Under the pieces are notes generated by a model. That model worked only from the letters and a program-made list of their open reading frames with translations. It ran no database searches and was not told where the DNA came from. Below are positions 13,815 to 26,600 of a stretch of 64,000 nt of DNA, in pieces. Position 1 is the stretch's first letter. Each line of letters opens with the position of its first letter. The DNA comes from Azolla caroliniana (taxonomy: Eukaryota > Plantae > Polypodiophyta). Where the stretch lies: the NCBI GenBank assembly GCA_043228905.1, contig JBHGNT010000015.1, forward strand, positions 13,144,001 through 13,208,000, read 5' to 3'. Both the position numbers and the translations under genes were made by a program.

Positions 13815-15005
13815 GCATGGGTCGAAGTCTGATCTGTTGTATCAAAGCTGCCATATGTAGGAGTCAAACTTCTGGTACCACATTCTCGACGCTTGTTTTA
13901 GGCCATGTAGACTTTTCTTTAGTCAACATACGAGGTGATTGTCCTCCCGCGTTGCCGTGAAGCCTGCCGGTTGAGACATGTATATGTCTTCTTCCAGATC
14001 TCCGTGTAGGAATGCTATCTTTACGTCCATTTGCTCGAGCTCTAAATTTTCTGTCGCCACGACTCCTAGTAGGAGTCAGAGGGTGGTCATCTTGACTACT
14101 GGTGAGAATATATCATCGTCGTCGACCCTGTATTCTTGTTTGAATCCTTTCACGACAAGCCGAGCTTTGTACTTGGGTTTCTCTGAGTCGGATACATACT
14201 TGTATCGGAACACCCATTTGCAAGGTCGGTCCTTCTACGACAGTGCTGACATCTTTGAAGGATACCTTCTTACCAACTATTTTCTGTTGGTTCCGTTGAG
14301 AGAAGATAGAGTATTCATTGAAGACTACGTTGCTGCTCCGGATCAATTTCCGGTTCTCAGGGTCCCATAGCTGGTAGCCGAAGTCCCCATCAGTTCCATA
14401 ACCGAGAAATATGCACTTTGTTGCACGGGGTGCCAGCTTCGTCCTTTTGTCCCTGGGGATGAACGAGTAGGTTTCACATCCGAATATACAGAGCCTATTG
14501 TAGGTCGGTTGTTTGCCAGACCATAGTTGTTAAGAGTCTATTACTAATCAATAGACCAAATCAAGAAAAAAGGAAGAAAATAGATTGGATAGAAGAACCC
14601 GTTCCACCCGACCACCCCCGAGCTATGATCTAGACATAGCCAACCTACCACCGACGTCCCATACCGCCGGATATTAGGATGACTAATACCTTGGAAGAGA
14701 TAAACACGATCGTCGAGACGAAAGCCTAGCCCGCACCACCGGTGTCTACGACAACAGCCTTCCGACGTGATTTCTATGAGGGTAGCTAAGCCTCATATTT
14801 ATACCTTTTCCTAGGCCCCTTGAATAGATGTGCCTTTCTAAAAGGCTCTCTATTCATTGGTTGTCTAAATCATGATAGTGCATGCACATATCATTCATTC
14901 TATCCAATCATTAGTCCCCTTTTTAATAATAGTGAACATGCCCTTCACTAATGTAAATATTAGTGACCTACCCTCACCAACGTTATGTGTACATAACATA
15001 CTCCC

Positions 15006-18000
15006 CTACTTCAAAAGATTGCACTCTTGCAATATAAAGTGAGGAAATTGTGCCTTAAGCGAATGCTCGCGTTCCCATGTGGCATCATCAATAGGTTTAT
15101 CCATCCATTTGATCTTGAATAGCCGAATCTCTTTAGAACGTAAACGTTTAGTACGAGAATCAAGAATTCGTTCAGGAACATGAGGTTTGTAAGAAAAATC
15201 CTCTAATGTTACAAGATCTTGGATTGTGATGGTGTTATCACCAGAGCCTAAAAATGGTTTTAGACGACTGACGTGAAAAACAGGATGAATACCAACGTTA
15301 CGAGGTAAGGCAAGGTGATAAGCAGATGACCCAACTCGCTTAAGGATTTCAAATGGGCCACAATATCGTGGGGCTAACTTAGCGCACTTGCCCGTAGATA
15401 ATGACGTAGAATCAGTCGGGACACGCAAAAAAACTTTTTGACCAATAGTAAATGCACGAGGACGTCTATCCTGATCAGCATAAAATCGAGCACGATCTTG
15501 AGCTGTCTTGACATTTTCTTTGGCAATATGCAGCATTTGGTTCATGTCTTGCAAAAAATTGCGTGTACTGTCTAATGTATCACGATGAATCGTGACATCA
15601 ACTGGGGCACGTGGCTGAAAACCATACATCAACATAAAAGGACTATATCCAGTGGATGTATGTTTAGAGCTATTATAGGCAAATTCTAAGATAGGAAGGT
15701 ATTGCTCCCACTTAGAAGGGGTTTTTGCTACATAAGCTCGAAGCATGTCCTCAATAATTTGATTAACTCGTTCAGTTTGTCCATCAGACTGAGGATGATC
15801 TGCGGAACTCATGCTCAACGTAGTTTCTAGTTTCTTAAAGACCTGAGTCCAAAAGTCACTAGTAAACTTGGAATCTCGATCACTAACAATATCCATCGGT
15901 AATCCATAAAAACGAAATAACTCATCAACAAATTGATAAGCCAACTGTTGAGCGGTTACCGTGGTTTTTGTAGGAATAAATCTAGCTAATTTTGTTAGCC
16001 TGTCAACGACAACCCATATGGCATCATGACCCCTCTGTGTACGAGGTAAACTAACAATAAAATCCATCGAGATACTTTCCCATTTATTGTTGGGAATATC
16101 TAAGGGATGTAAAAGACCAGCAGCTTTAAGTCGTTCCGACTTATTAATCTGACATTGTAAGCATTGAGTTACGTATTTATGCACGTCAGAGCGCATCTTA
16201 GGCCAAAAAAAAGTACACGAGATGAGAACGAGTGTGCGTTGTATTCCAGGATGACCAGCAGATGGTGCATCATGACATTCATGAAAAATTTTCTGTTTAA
16301 CATTTGGTAAATCTGGAACACAGACCTTTCCACTACGGTAGAGCAAACCGTTTGTAATGTGAAAGGTCGCCTTCGAGGGTAGGGTGCTAGTATCGGCATC
16401 TAAACCAGATTCGGCTTTCGTCCAGTATTTTGAGAAATAACTGTCATCAAGGTATTTCCCTCGAAGGTGATCTAAAAGATCAGATTTTATTTCCGTGAAG
16501 CTAAGCATGTTAACTTCTTTAATGCGACTAAGAGCATCAGCAACGGTGTTCATAGAACCCTTGCGATATCGTATGGAAAAATCAAAATCTTGCATAAGGT
16601 CAGCCCAACGGCCTTTACGACCAACAAGATCGGGCTGGTCACAAAAATACTTTAATGATTGATGGTCTGTTGTAACCACAAATTTATTTCCATAGAGATA
16701 GTGCCTCCATGTTTTAAGTGCGTGTATCACCGCAAACAACTCTTTCTCTTGAACCGAATACCGAGATTGAGCAGCATCAAGCTTCTTACTTTCAAAAGCA
16801 ATAGGGTGATCACCTTGATAAAGAACGGCACCAATAGCATAATCACTAGCATCGGTTTCAATTGAGAAAGGCTTAGAAGGGTCTGGTAATAGAAGAGTGG
16901 GAGCCTGACACACATGCTCCTTGAGTGTCTCAAATGATTTGTCAAGTTGTTCATTCCATGAAATTGGTTTGACAGACTTACGTAGATGACCTTTTAAAAG
17001 GTCAGTTAATGGCGTAGTCAATTTGGAATAGTTACGAATTGATTTTCGTAAAAATCCAACAAACCCTAAGAATGATCTAAGTTCACGAATATTACGAGGA
17101 ATGGGCCAAAGTTTAACCTTTTCAATACGAGAAGGTTCAATTTCAACGCCATTTTCTGTAATTAAATGACCTAGGTACACAATAGATTTTTGGAAGAAGT
17201 CACATTTTGAATGTTTTGCATAGAAAGAGTTGTCACGCAACTTTCGCAAAACAAATCGAACATGTTGAACATGATCTTGCAAGGTACGACTATATATCAA
17301 AATATCATCCAAGAAGACGACAACAAAATCACCGAGTTGATCTCGGAAAACATCATTCATCGCTTGTTGGAATGTGGCTGGAGCATTAGTCAACCCAAAG
17401 GGCATGACTAAAAACTCATAATGGCCATAGCGTGTACGAAAAGCGGTTTTAGGAATATCATCCTCGGCGATGCGAATCTGATGATAACCAGTTCGTAAGT
17501 CAATTTTCGTAAAATATCGAGCCCCGTGCAAACGATCAATCAAATCATCGGCACGAGGTAATGGATATGCATTCTTAATTGTCATTTTATTCAAACGGCG
17601 ATAATTGATACACATTCGCCACGAACCTTCCTTCTTCTTGACTAATAGAACTGGCGCACCCCAAGGTGATTTACTATACCTAATGTGGCCCATACTCAAG
17701 TATTCCTTAAGTTGTTTAGCGATCTCATCCTCTTCTAATCGACTAAGTCGGTAAGGTGGAATGCTCACAGGAGCAGCCCCAGGGATGAGTTCAATTTGAT
17801 GGTCCACATTACGTTTAGGTGGTAAAGTAAGCGGTAATTCAGTAGGAAACACATCTTGAAAATCCTCTAAAATAGAGTCGAGTAATCGTTGCTCAAAATG
17901 TGGTAATTGTGTGGCGTCAATATTAAAATAATAAAATTGAACCGCAGGATCAATTACACACGAATAAATTAATGAACTAGAATACTCACTTAAAGATTTA

Positions 18001-19112
18001 GAAGACACAAGTGAATGAGAAGGAAGTTTGGAACATTGAATAAAATGTTTACAATTATTAAGTTCAAATGTGATTGAGTGATTAACCCAATCAATGGACA
18101 AAGAAGGGTTTTTATTAAAAAACCAAGGATATCCTAAAATGACATCTGCGGATTGTAATTTCATAACATGAAAGTCAAGCTTCTCCAAATAAGTATCTAT
18201 TTGAATTGGCAGTTGACAAACAATGCCACTGATGTATTGAACGTTTCCATTTGCCATGTGAACTCGATAGATATGATCACTTGCGTTTATGTGGAGCTCC
18301 ATTTGCTGCGCAAAGTGATCATTAAGAAAATTGTGAGAACTACCGGAATCAAACAAGAAATGTGCTTGTGTTCCATTGATATATCCGACTGCTCGGAGTA
18401 AATCATTAGGTCCAAGTAAATGTGAAGGAAAAGTGCATTCACATAAACTTAAGTGATTGGTATGAACTTCAACAATATCAAAAGACTCACCTGTGTGACT
18501 CGTAGATTTGTCTTGAGGAGGGGTGTTCATTGACTTCCTCTCAAGACGACGACAGGTATCCTTTGTGTGGCCCCGCTTCTTGCAATATGCACAGAAGAGG
18601 TTCGGTTTCTTTGAGTCGCGGTCAAGAGTGTCACTGGATTGCTTACGTTTCCCAATGAACTTGACATTCAGAGTTTTGGCGAACTCAGGTTTATTGTGGT
18701 CTTTCTTGGAAGTCCTATGGTATCGCAACACAATGTTGACGGCTTCCTCGAAAGTTGTCGGGTCCTTGTCATGGACAATCCAATGATAATCCCCATTGGG
18801 AATACCATTCAAAAAACAAGCGACAAACCATTTCTCACCCGTAAGTCCCGATTTTTGGATCTGGGTCCGAGCGTGATGCACATAATCCTCGAGAGAGGTA
18901 AATGGCTTACTAGACAATGTGAGCAAGTGTTGCGCTTGTTCGGTTTGAGAAGGTGGCTGCAAGAATTGTTTCTTAAAAACATCAACGAAACCTTCCCAAA
19001 TTGTGGGTAAGTTTTTTGCGGTCCTTAGGCCACGCCACCAAGCAGCAGCTCGGCCACCTAACTCACGACCGACATAACCAAACAATACTAGAAAATCATA
19101 TAAGTGAAACAA
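15006..19112 (-). CDS. Gag-Pol polyprotein (Gag-CCHC-PR-RT-RH-INT-chromodomain), uninterrupted, non-AUG 5' end
   Basis: [61 protein letters not shown]2C2, SMDF/SDRD/QTE, GPF and PERILDS..KIKW..DATWE. Confidence 0.93.
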   Translation of the reverse strand: MFHLYDFLVLFGYVGRELGGRAAAWWRGLRTAKNLPTIWEGFVDVFKKQFLQPPSQTEQAQHLLTLSSKPFTSLEDYVHHARTQIQKSGLTGEKWFVACFLNGIPNGDYHWIVHDKDPTTFEEAVNIVLRYHRTSKKDHNKPEFAKTLNVKFIGKRKQSSDTLDRDSKKPNLFCAYCKKRGHTKDTCRRLERKSMNTPPQDKSTSHTGESFDIVEVHTNHLSLCECTFPSHLLGPNDLLRAVGYINGTQAHFLFDSGSSHNFLNDHFAQQMELHINASDHIYRVHMANGNVQYISGIVCQLPIQIDTYLEKLDFHVMKLQSADVILGYPWFFNKNPSLSIDWVNHSITFELNNCKHFIQCSKLPSHSLVSSKSLSEYSSSLIYSCVIDPAVQFYYFNIDATQLPHFEQRLLDSILEDFQDVFPTELPLTLPPKRNVDHQIELIPGAAPVSIPPYRLSRLEEDEIAKQLKEYLSMGHIRYSKSPWGAPVLLVKKKEGSWRMCINYRRLNKMTIKNAYPLPRADDLIDRLHGARYFTKIDLRTGYHQIRIAEDDIPKTAFRTRYGHYEFLVMPFGLTNAPATFQQAMNDVFRDQLGDFVVVFLDDILIYSRTLQDHVQHVRFVLRKLRDNSFYAKHSKCDFFQKSIVYLGHLITENGVEIEPSRIEKVKLWPIPRNIRELRSFLGFVGFLRKSIRNYSKLTTPLTDLLKGHLRKSVKPISWNEQLDKSFETLKEHVCQAPTLLLPDPSKPFSIETDASDYAIGAVLYQGDHPIAFESKKLDAAQSRYSVQEKELFAVIHALKTWRHYLYGNKFVVTTDHQSLKYFCDQPDLVGRKGRWADLMQDFDFSIRYRKGSMNTVADALSRIKEVNMLSFTEIKSDLLDHLRGKYLDDSYFSKYWTKAESGLDADTSTLPSKATFHITNGLLYRSGKVCVPDLPNVKQKIFHECHDAPSAGHPGIQRTLVLISCTFFWPKMRSDVHKYVTQCLQCQINKSERLKAAGLLHPLDIPNNKWESISMDFIVSLPRTQRGHDAIWVVVDRLTKLARFIPTKTTVTAQQLAYQFVDELFRFYGLPMDIVSDRDSKFTSDFWTQVFKKLETTLSMSSADHPQSDGQTERVNQIIEDMLRAYVAKTPSKWEQYLPILEFAYNSSKHTSTGYSPFMLMYGFQPRAPVDVTIHRDTLDSTRNFLQDMNQMLHIAKENVKTAQDRARFYADQDRRPRAFTIGQKVFLRVPTDSTSLSTGKCAKLAPRYCGPFEILKRVGSSAYHLALPRNVGIHPVFHVSRLKPFLGSGDNTITIQDLVTLEDFSYKPHVPERILDSRTKRLRSKEIRLFKIKWMDKPIDDATWEREHSLKAQFPHFILQECNLLK

Positions 19113-19202
19113 TACTTATGAAATTAAAATTTAATTAGAATAATCAACAATTAGGTGTATGGAATCAAACATGCCCTAAGATACGAAACCCTAGGGTAGT
19201 TG

Positions 19203-19530
19203 ACATGCACCTCCTCAAGACCACCACATATCCCTAGAATCGGCCAAGTAATGGCTAATTAAAGAGGAAAGTGGCATAGGTAAGTGACATATACCTCGTC
19301 AAGGCCACATCATCCCTTAGAATCGGCCAATTGATGGCTAATTAAAAAGGAAAGTGGCATATGTAAGCTACATATACCTTGTCAAGGCCACAACATCCCA
19401 TAGAATCGGCCAATTGATGGCTTAATAGAGAGTAGAGTGGCATAGGTAGGCAACATACACCTCGTCAAGGCCACATCATCCCTTAGAATCGGCCAAGTGA
19501 TGGCTCAATAGAGGGGAAGAGTGGTATACT
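19203..19530. repeat. Tandem array of 4 x 83 bp in the gypsy 5' leader
   Basis: AGAATCGGCCAA recurs at 19236, 19319, 19402 and 19485. Confidence 0.92.
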
Positions 19531-19536
19531 CAACAT

Positions 19537-19728
19537 CATATGCAAAACGACCATGAGATAAGCGTGTGCGATTAGAGCAAACACGCTCGACCCAATGCAC
19601 AAGAATAATTATTATCGTAAGAGTTCAAGAGAGGAGAGAGTGGGATATATATCGCAATATGCAAAAGGCCATGAGTTGAGCGTGTGCGATTAGTGCAAAC
19701 ACGCTCGGCCCGATGCATAATAATAAGT
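19537..19728. repeat. Two ~70-bp direct repeats, each with a GAGCGTGT..ACACGCTC hairpin
   Basis: Copies at about 19537-19610 and 19656-19728. Confidence 0.8.
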
Positions 19729-22700
19729 AAAATCGTAGCGTAGTAGGAGGTAGAAAGAAAGAGAATAAAACGTAATACCAATTTGATTCGACCATAAAGA
19801 ACGCATAATAGAAAAAGAGAAGAGATCAAAAAAGAAGAATACCGGGTTTAGAGTGTTGTTTTGATCCTGAGAAGAGCATGACGAGCCTTGTTAGATCCCC
19901 CTCGCTCACACGCAAAAAACATCAAAACAACAAAAAAATTGTTAGTAAAAGCTCTGATACCACTGTTAAGAGTCTATTACTAATCAATAGACCAAATCAA
20001 GAAAAAAGGAAGAAAATAGATTGGATAGAAGAACCCGTTCCACCCGACCACCCCCGAGCTATGATCTAGACATAGCCAACCTACCACCGACGTCCCATAC
20101 CGCCGGATATTAGGATGACTAATACCTTGGAAGAGATAAACACGATCGTCGAGACGAAAGCCTAGCCCGCACCACCGGTGTCTACGACAGCAGCCTTCCG
20201 ACGTGATTTCTATGAGGGTAGCTAAGCCTCATATTTATACCTTTTCCTAGGCCCCTTGAATAGATGTGCCTTTCTAAAAGGCTCTCTATTCATTGGTTGT
20301 CTAAATCATGATAGTGCATGCACATATCATTCATTCTATCCAATCATTAGTCCCCTTTTTAATAATAGTGAACATACCCTTCACTAATGTAAATATTAGT
20401 GACCTACCCTCACCAACGTTATGTGTACATAACAATAGTGCCTGTGGCACTTCGAGCCTAATTGCTCTTGACGGCGCCAGATTTATCAAGTATACTGCCG
20501 TTTGCAATGCCTCGGCCCAGATATCCAGCTTCAGTCCGGCTTGCTGGAGCATTGTCGTCACCCTCTCTTGGATTGTTCGGTTGATCCGTTCAACCACCCC
20601 ATTCTACATGGGTGTGTAAGGAACGGTGATTTGATGCCGGATCCCTTTTTCGGACAGGTACTATTTGAAGGCTCTAGAGGTGTACTCACCTCCGTTGTCG
20701 GATAAGAGTGTCTTCACTTTGTGTCCCGACCTGTTCTCCACTTCATATATCCATCGAGTGAAGACCTCGAGTGCTTCATCTTTGGACTTGATGGAGTATG
20801 CCCAAACTTTCCGTGTACAGTCATCTACGAATGTGATGAAGTACCAGGAGCCTCCTAGTGATCACTCTAGCATGGGCCCACATATGTCTGTGTGCACGAA
20901 CTCTAGGGATTGTCGTACCGTCTCGTAGTGGAGAGAGTGCGGACTTTGGGTCTGTTTCCCATATCGACAATGCTCGTAGAAGTCCATCTTTGCGTGGAGT
21001 TTCGGGATGTAGTCGACCGACATCAGCCGATCAAGTCCGGCTTGAGACATGTGGCCAAGTTGGCCATGCCATAAGTTCGGGTCGGTTTTCTCAACTACGT
21101 TCACGGCCCCTTCAGGGTTGATCACCATCAATGGGTATAGATTATTATACTTATGCCCACTACCGATTTTGAGGTTTCCTCGGCTGATCACCCATGTTGA
21201 CTTGTGTAGAGTCATTCGATACCCTTCTTCGGCTAACATGCTGATGGAGACCAGACTCCTCTTTAGATTGGGTACATGCCGAACTCGGTGCAGGGTTATC
21301 GTGTTGCCATTTGGCAATCTGATGGGAACCTCCCCAGTTCCGGCTACCTTGCACTCTTGCCTGTTTCCCAGTCAGACTGTGCCGCTAGTGTTGGTTGAAT
21401 GGTTCGAGAACCATTCAACGTTGGGGGTCGCATGAAATGTGGCACCAGAGTCTAGTAGCCACGTGTGTGCAACTTGTGCAATGTAGAGGACTTCTCCGAT
21501 CATCGAATCCTCTAGTGAGAGGATTTCTCCGGATTGGGTGTCGACAACATTGATCTGGTTGCTGACTAGAGAGTGGTTCGAGTCGGAAAGTTCCCGATTC
21601 CGCTCTGATCGCCGACCACTCTCTTTTCTTTTTATTGACTAGTAGTCGGAAACATTGTGGCCAGCTTTCCTACAGTGTGTGCAGTACTCACTTGTTCGAC
21701 CTGTTCTCGACTTCGACTGTTGTCGGTCCCATTGTTTTCGATCGGTTGTAGCGCCGACTGGGTCTATCGGCTTGTTCTTTTGTTCTACTTTGTCGGTCGA
21801 ATGACTCGATCGAGTGATGGGCTTCTGCAGACTCATCGATGGTTAGTCCCATCGATTTTCGCCTGATGTCCTCTATGAGGACTTGGCTGGTTGTTTCGTC
21901 TAGATTTAGGATCGGTCGGCTATTGGCGTAAGTCGTACAGAATACCTCCCAACTTGCTGGCAAGCTCGATAGGAGGGCAAGGGCTTTCACTTCTTCTTCG
22001 AAGTTGATCCCTTGTGACGAGAGCTCTGACAACACCCGACTGAAGGTGTTGATGTGGGAGGTTGCCGAATCAGTCTCTTTCACCTTCATGTTGAACAATT
22101 GTTTGATCAAGATCAGTTTCGAAGATGAGGACTTCTTCTCATAGACAACTTATAGCGTCTCCCACAATGAGAACATTGTTGTCTCTTTCGCTATGCTGAA
22201 ATAGATGTTTTCGACCAGATGCATTCAGATGGTGGAGCGAGCAATTTTGTCCGTTGATCTCCACTCCTCGACAGTCATTGAAGCAGGTTTTTCGCCGTGC
22301 GGAATGGCTTCGACCTGTCTTCGAATGATCAGCACATCCTGCATCATCTCCTTCCACAAGGCAAAGTTTTTGCCGTCAATTTTTTTGATTTCAACTCTTG
22401 TTCCGAATGTTGAAGCCATATTCTGTTTGTGAACTTGAGATTTCTGACCTGGTCTTTTCTTTCAGCTTCTTCTGTTGTCTGTTGTCGCCGAACAACAAAG
22501 ATTCAACCTTGATACCAGTTGTGAGTACGAGTGCTATGTGCGGAAACGTGTATGGATCTGTAGTCGGTACTGAACAACAAACAACACATATAGAAAATAG
22601 AATAGGCGTGGAGACTTACACAGATGGAGCTTTAATGGAAAGCTTTTTATTACTTTGTTCTTTCTCAGAGATACGATACTCCACTCGTCATCACTCATTA

Positions 22701-23614
22701 CAATGTTAGGTATTCGCTTATATATTAAGCCCTAACTTATTAACGAGTTCACACTCGGACGGATAGAATTAGGAAGGAGTCGGCCTTTTATGCCAACAAG
22801 CACTTGTGAAAAGGGAGAGGCATTTGTAGCCATAGATTGTGTCCACCCGCAATGTAAGAAAGGCTACAATGAACTATTTCCTTGTCCGAAACGATGGGAA
22901 TAGAGAGGACAAACAGAGAAAACAATGGGAGTGCAAATAGATAGCATTTTACACTTTAGCAGCAATTGACAATGGTTCAGTTCAGGAGTCTCAAACTCAA
23001 AGATCCTTACTTAGGATTATAAAACGTTTGATTAATTACAAGAAACTCATAAATTTATATGTCAAGCTGTATAGCAGTAAGGGCTGGCAATTGCAATGGT
23101 AGTGGTAATAATAACCACTAATTAAGCAACAAAGAAAGACGAAAAAAGAGGGATTAACCTTCCAATGAAGAGTAGATGAGTGGGCTGCCAAGACCGCTAC
23201 AACCACTGATGTCATTGACACCATGAGTCAAGGTAGTGTTTTCAAGCCATTCCATTCTCTCTTTGAGGGACTGGCGTACTACCTTGAAGATCCACTCTCT
23301 AAAACTCCTCCAAGTGTTGAATGTATAAGATGTCAAAGGCGAAGAACACAATAGAGTTTGTAGGAGACTAGAACACCCAAAATCCTATAGGACTCAAAAT
23401 GTGCCCTCCGACCCTCCTTTTATAGGAAGAGGTGCGCCCTTTGCATTCAATTGTTAGCTAGGCAGGTCGACTAGAGTGTAAAACGAGTTTTCTGGCTGAA
23501 AGGCCGAATGATATGTAAAAGGAGTTGTGTACCCGAAACAGTAGGAGCCGGACAGGGCCGAAGTTGATTTCGTAATAGTCGAAATTAATATGCCTACGTG
23601 TAAATATTAGGTAA

Positions 23615-26600
23615 TGTAAGGAATCAGATATGATTCTTGTGTAGCGGAAGAGATGTGTGTTATGTGTATGCGTGAGAGGAAAAAGATGAGAGAAGAGAAA
23701 ACACAAGATAAATAGATGAAAGACAAATGAAGTACTCAAGAAGAAGGTGTACATTAACAAGGAGAATAGCAAATACAAAATGTAGCATTACAAGGAGTCA
23801 CAACCGACACTATATGAAGTAGGAGGAGGGTGCTTTATATCAGGTCGCCCTCTCTCTTCATTAACTCACTACAATGTCCACTCTCTCTCTACAACCTTGA
23901 GGAATGTGAAGACTCATTCGTCATGGGGAATATAGAACTCATTAGTGATGTGTTATAGAATATGATTCTATGACACATAGTTAATGTGTAGAGAGTGGTG
24001 TGACTCTTGACCTTTGAGTGCTCATTGATTCTCAAAGGGCGTGTTCACACTCAATGTTAGGTTGAGCTTGATTCTCAACACGCCCCCTCAAGCTCAACTC
24101 GGGTCTGTTCCTTTCAATTGATGTCCGCTTCGGCTGGTATCCGGTTTGGGCGATCTCCGGTGTTCGTTTCGGTTGGTACCCGGTTCGGACGGTATCCAGT
24201 TCTCTCTTGTACTCCCCCTCAAGCTTGGCAAGTTAGGGATCGTCAATCCAAGGTTTGACATGAATTATCAAAGCCTGTTGGCTCCTAGGGCCTTGGTGAA
24301 GATGTCGGTTGTTTGAAGATTCGTGTTGATGACTTGAAGGTCGACATCTCCTGCTTGAACACGCTGTCGAATGAAGTGATAGTGCACTTCGATATGCTTC
24401 GTGCGTGCGTGGAACACCGGGTTCTGAGCCAGATGAATACTGCTTGTGTTGTCGCAGTAAAGGGGAATCGGATCTTTGATGGGAACACCCAGATCCTTCA
24501 ATATCCTCTTGAGCCATACGGCTTCACATGCAACCATGGCTGCGCCCCTGTATTCGGACTCTGTGCTCGAAAGAGCAATGGTTCGCTGCTTCTTGCTACT
24601 CCATGAAATCATTCCGTTGCCGAGGGAGAAAACAAATCTGGAGGTCGATCGTTGATCAGCTCTATAGCCGGGCCAATCAACATCTGTGTAACCTTCGAGA
24701 CGAATTGGCGTGGCCGATCTATAGAGAATTCCATAGTCCATCGTTCCACTCACGTATCGTAACACTCATTTAGCACAATCAAAATGAATATCTCGCGGAG
24801 TTTGCATGAATTGGCTAAGGAGGCCAACCAGATAACTGAGGTCGGGTCGAGTGATTGTGAGATAGATGAGGCTCCTGATCAGTTGTTGATACTGAGTCAG
24901 CTCGCACTCGTTTGTGCCGAAGTCAGTGTCTAGTTTGAGGGTTCGATTGAGAGGAGTTGCCATAGATTTGCACTTAGTCATCCTTAAATTGTATAACAAG
25001 TTGAGGATGTAGTGTCGTTGAGAGATCATAATACTGGTTGGAGTTCGAATTACCTCGATGCCAAGGAATTAATGGAGCTCCTTCATGTCCGCCATCTCGA
25101 ATTTGCCAGAGAGGAGGGACTTGACCTTGTCGATGTCGACAAGACTTTCACCTCCAATGACCAGATCATCCACATATAGGATGATGACAATTAGGCTTTC
25201 AGAGTCGTTTCGTACGTAGAGGGAATTGTCAGATTTCGACATTTGAAAGACGATTTGATGAAGATATTGTGTTATCATCGAGTGCCAAGCACACGGTGCT
25301 TGCTTAAGGCTGTAGAGTGGCTTCTTCAATCAACAGATTGCTTTCAAATGGATGCTCGATTCGAAATTGGGTGGTTGTACAATGTACACCTCTTCTAATT
25401 CGCCTTGAAGAAAGATGTTCTTTACGTCCATTTGATGGAGGTGCCACCCTTTCGCCGTTGCAACTGCAATTACGGTCCGCACAGTCGTCATCTTGGTCAC
25501 CGGGGCAAAGGTCTCTTCATAGTCGACTCCATGTGTTTGTGTGTATCTTTTCGCTACGAGTCGATCTTTGTAGCGGTTGACGGAGCCGTCGGCATTATAC
25601 TTCACCTTGTAAATCCATCTGCAGCCGATTGGCTTCTTGTGCGGTGAGTGGGGAACAAGATCCCATGTCTCGTTCTTGCATAGTGCCTACATCTCCTCGT
25701 TCATTGCTTCGACCCATCATGGATCCTTGGCTGCTTCCGAAAAACTTTCCAGTTCTCGAACTGTCACCACCTTCATCATAAAGGCATAGTGGTATGCCAT
25801 ATAATTGTTGTCGCCGAATCGGCTAACAAGATTCTTCTCATGGGTGGAGCGACAAAGTTTTTCTTTACTTTCTTTACACAAGGTGTCCTCATGATAGGTA
25901 CATCGAAGCCACCGAACTCATTGTCGAGGGAGTGAGTCGATTCATTGCCATCGAATTGATCATCTTCATATTCCGGCATTTTCGCCTTGTCTTTTTTTTT
26001 TTTTTGGTAAAATCACACAATTATATTGATTGCATGTAAAAAAACCCCCTATTACAACTTGTTAGTCAACTTTACATACATAGAGAGATAAATATTCATA
26101 ACATTACCATGAATATGTCTCTCAACATCCCCTAACCTTTCTTATCAGACCAAATGACAAATGTGATGTCCAACTAACTTACATACTTGTTTCTCTTCAT
26201 GATTGAAGATGCTTGACATCTCCAACAATGAAAATTGCCATAAAAGGAACCCCTTCAATCTCAACACATAATAGTGTACTCCCCTTTGTTCATCAAATAT
26301 AAAAGCATTTCGCATATGCCAAATAAACCAAAGCCCATAATACCTCAAATAATCCAAAATAATCTAAAAAGAAGGTAAAAGACCTCCTAATTCTACTTGT
26401 GCAAAAACCCATTTGAAAGGAGATGGAATCACTCTTGTCAAGGACATCCATATTGCATTAATAAATCTCCAAACCATCTTTGTAACAGGACATGAAATAA
26501 ATCGATGTCGATTGTGCTCTACTTCCACCGTACAAAAGAAATAGAAACCATTAGTAATTTTCCTTTTGCATAAAGCATCACCCAATGGTAATCCACCAAC

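Larger units (their letters stand above)
14528..20434 (-). mobile_element. Young Ty3/gypsy chromovirus (Reina/Tekay-like) nested in Copia-1
   Basis: 471-bp LTRs at 14528-14998 and 19964-20434 with only 2 differences by eye; TSD ATAGT; tRNA-iMet PBS TGGTATCAGAGC at 19951-19962; PPT beside 14999. Confidence 0.97.
12324..22798 (-). mobile_element. Ty1/copia LTR retrotransposon (Copia-1), degenerate, interrupted by a Ty3/gypsy
   Basis: TG..CA LTRs at 12324-12594 and 22520-22798; TSD AGCAC on both sides; PBS TGGTATCA near 22510-22517; PPT beside 12595. Gag, PR, INT, RT and RH fragments have stops, frameshifts and a deletion near 14230. Confidence 0.95.
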
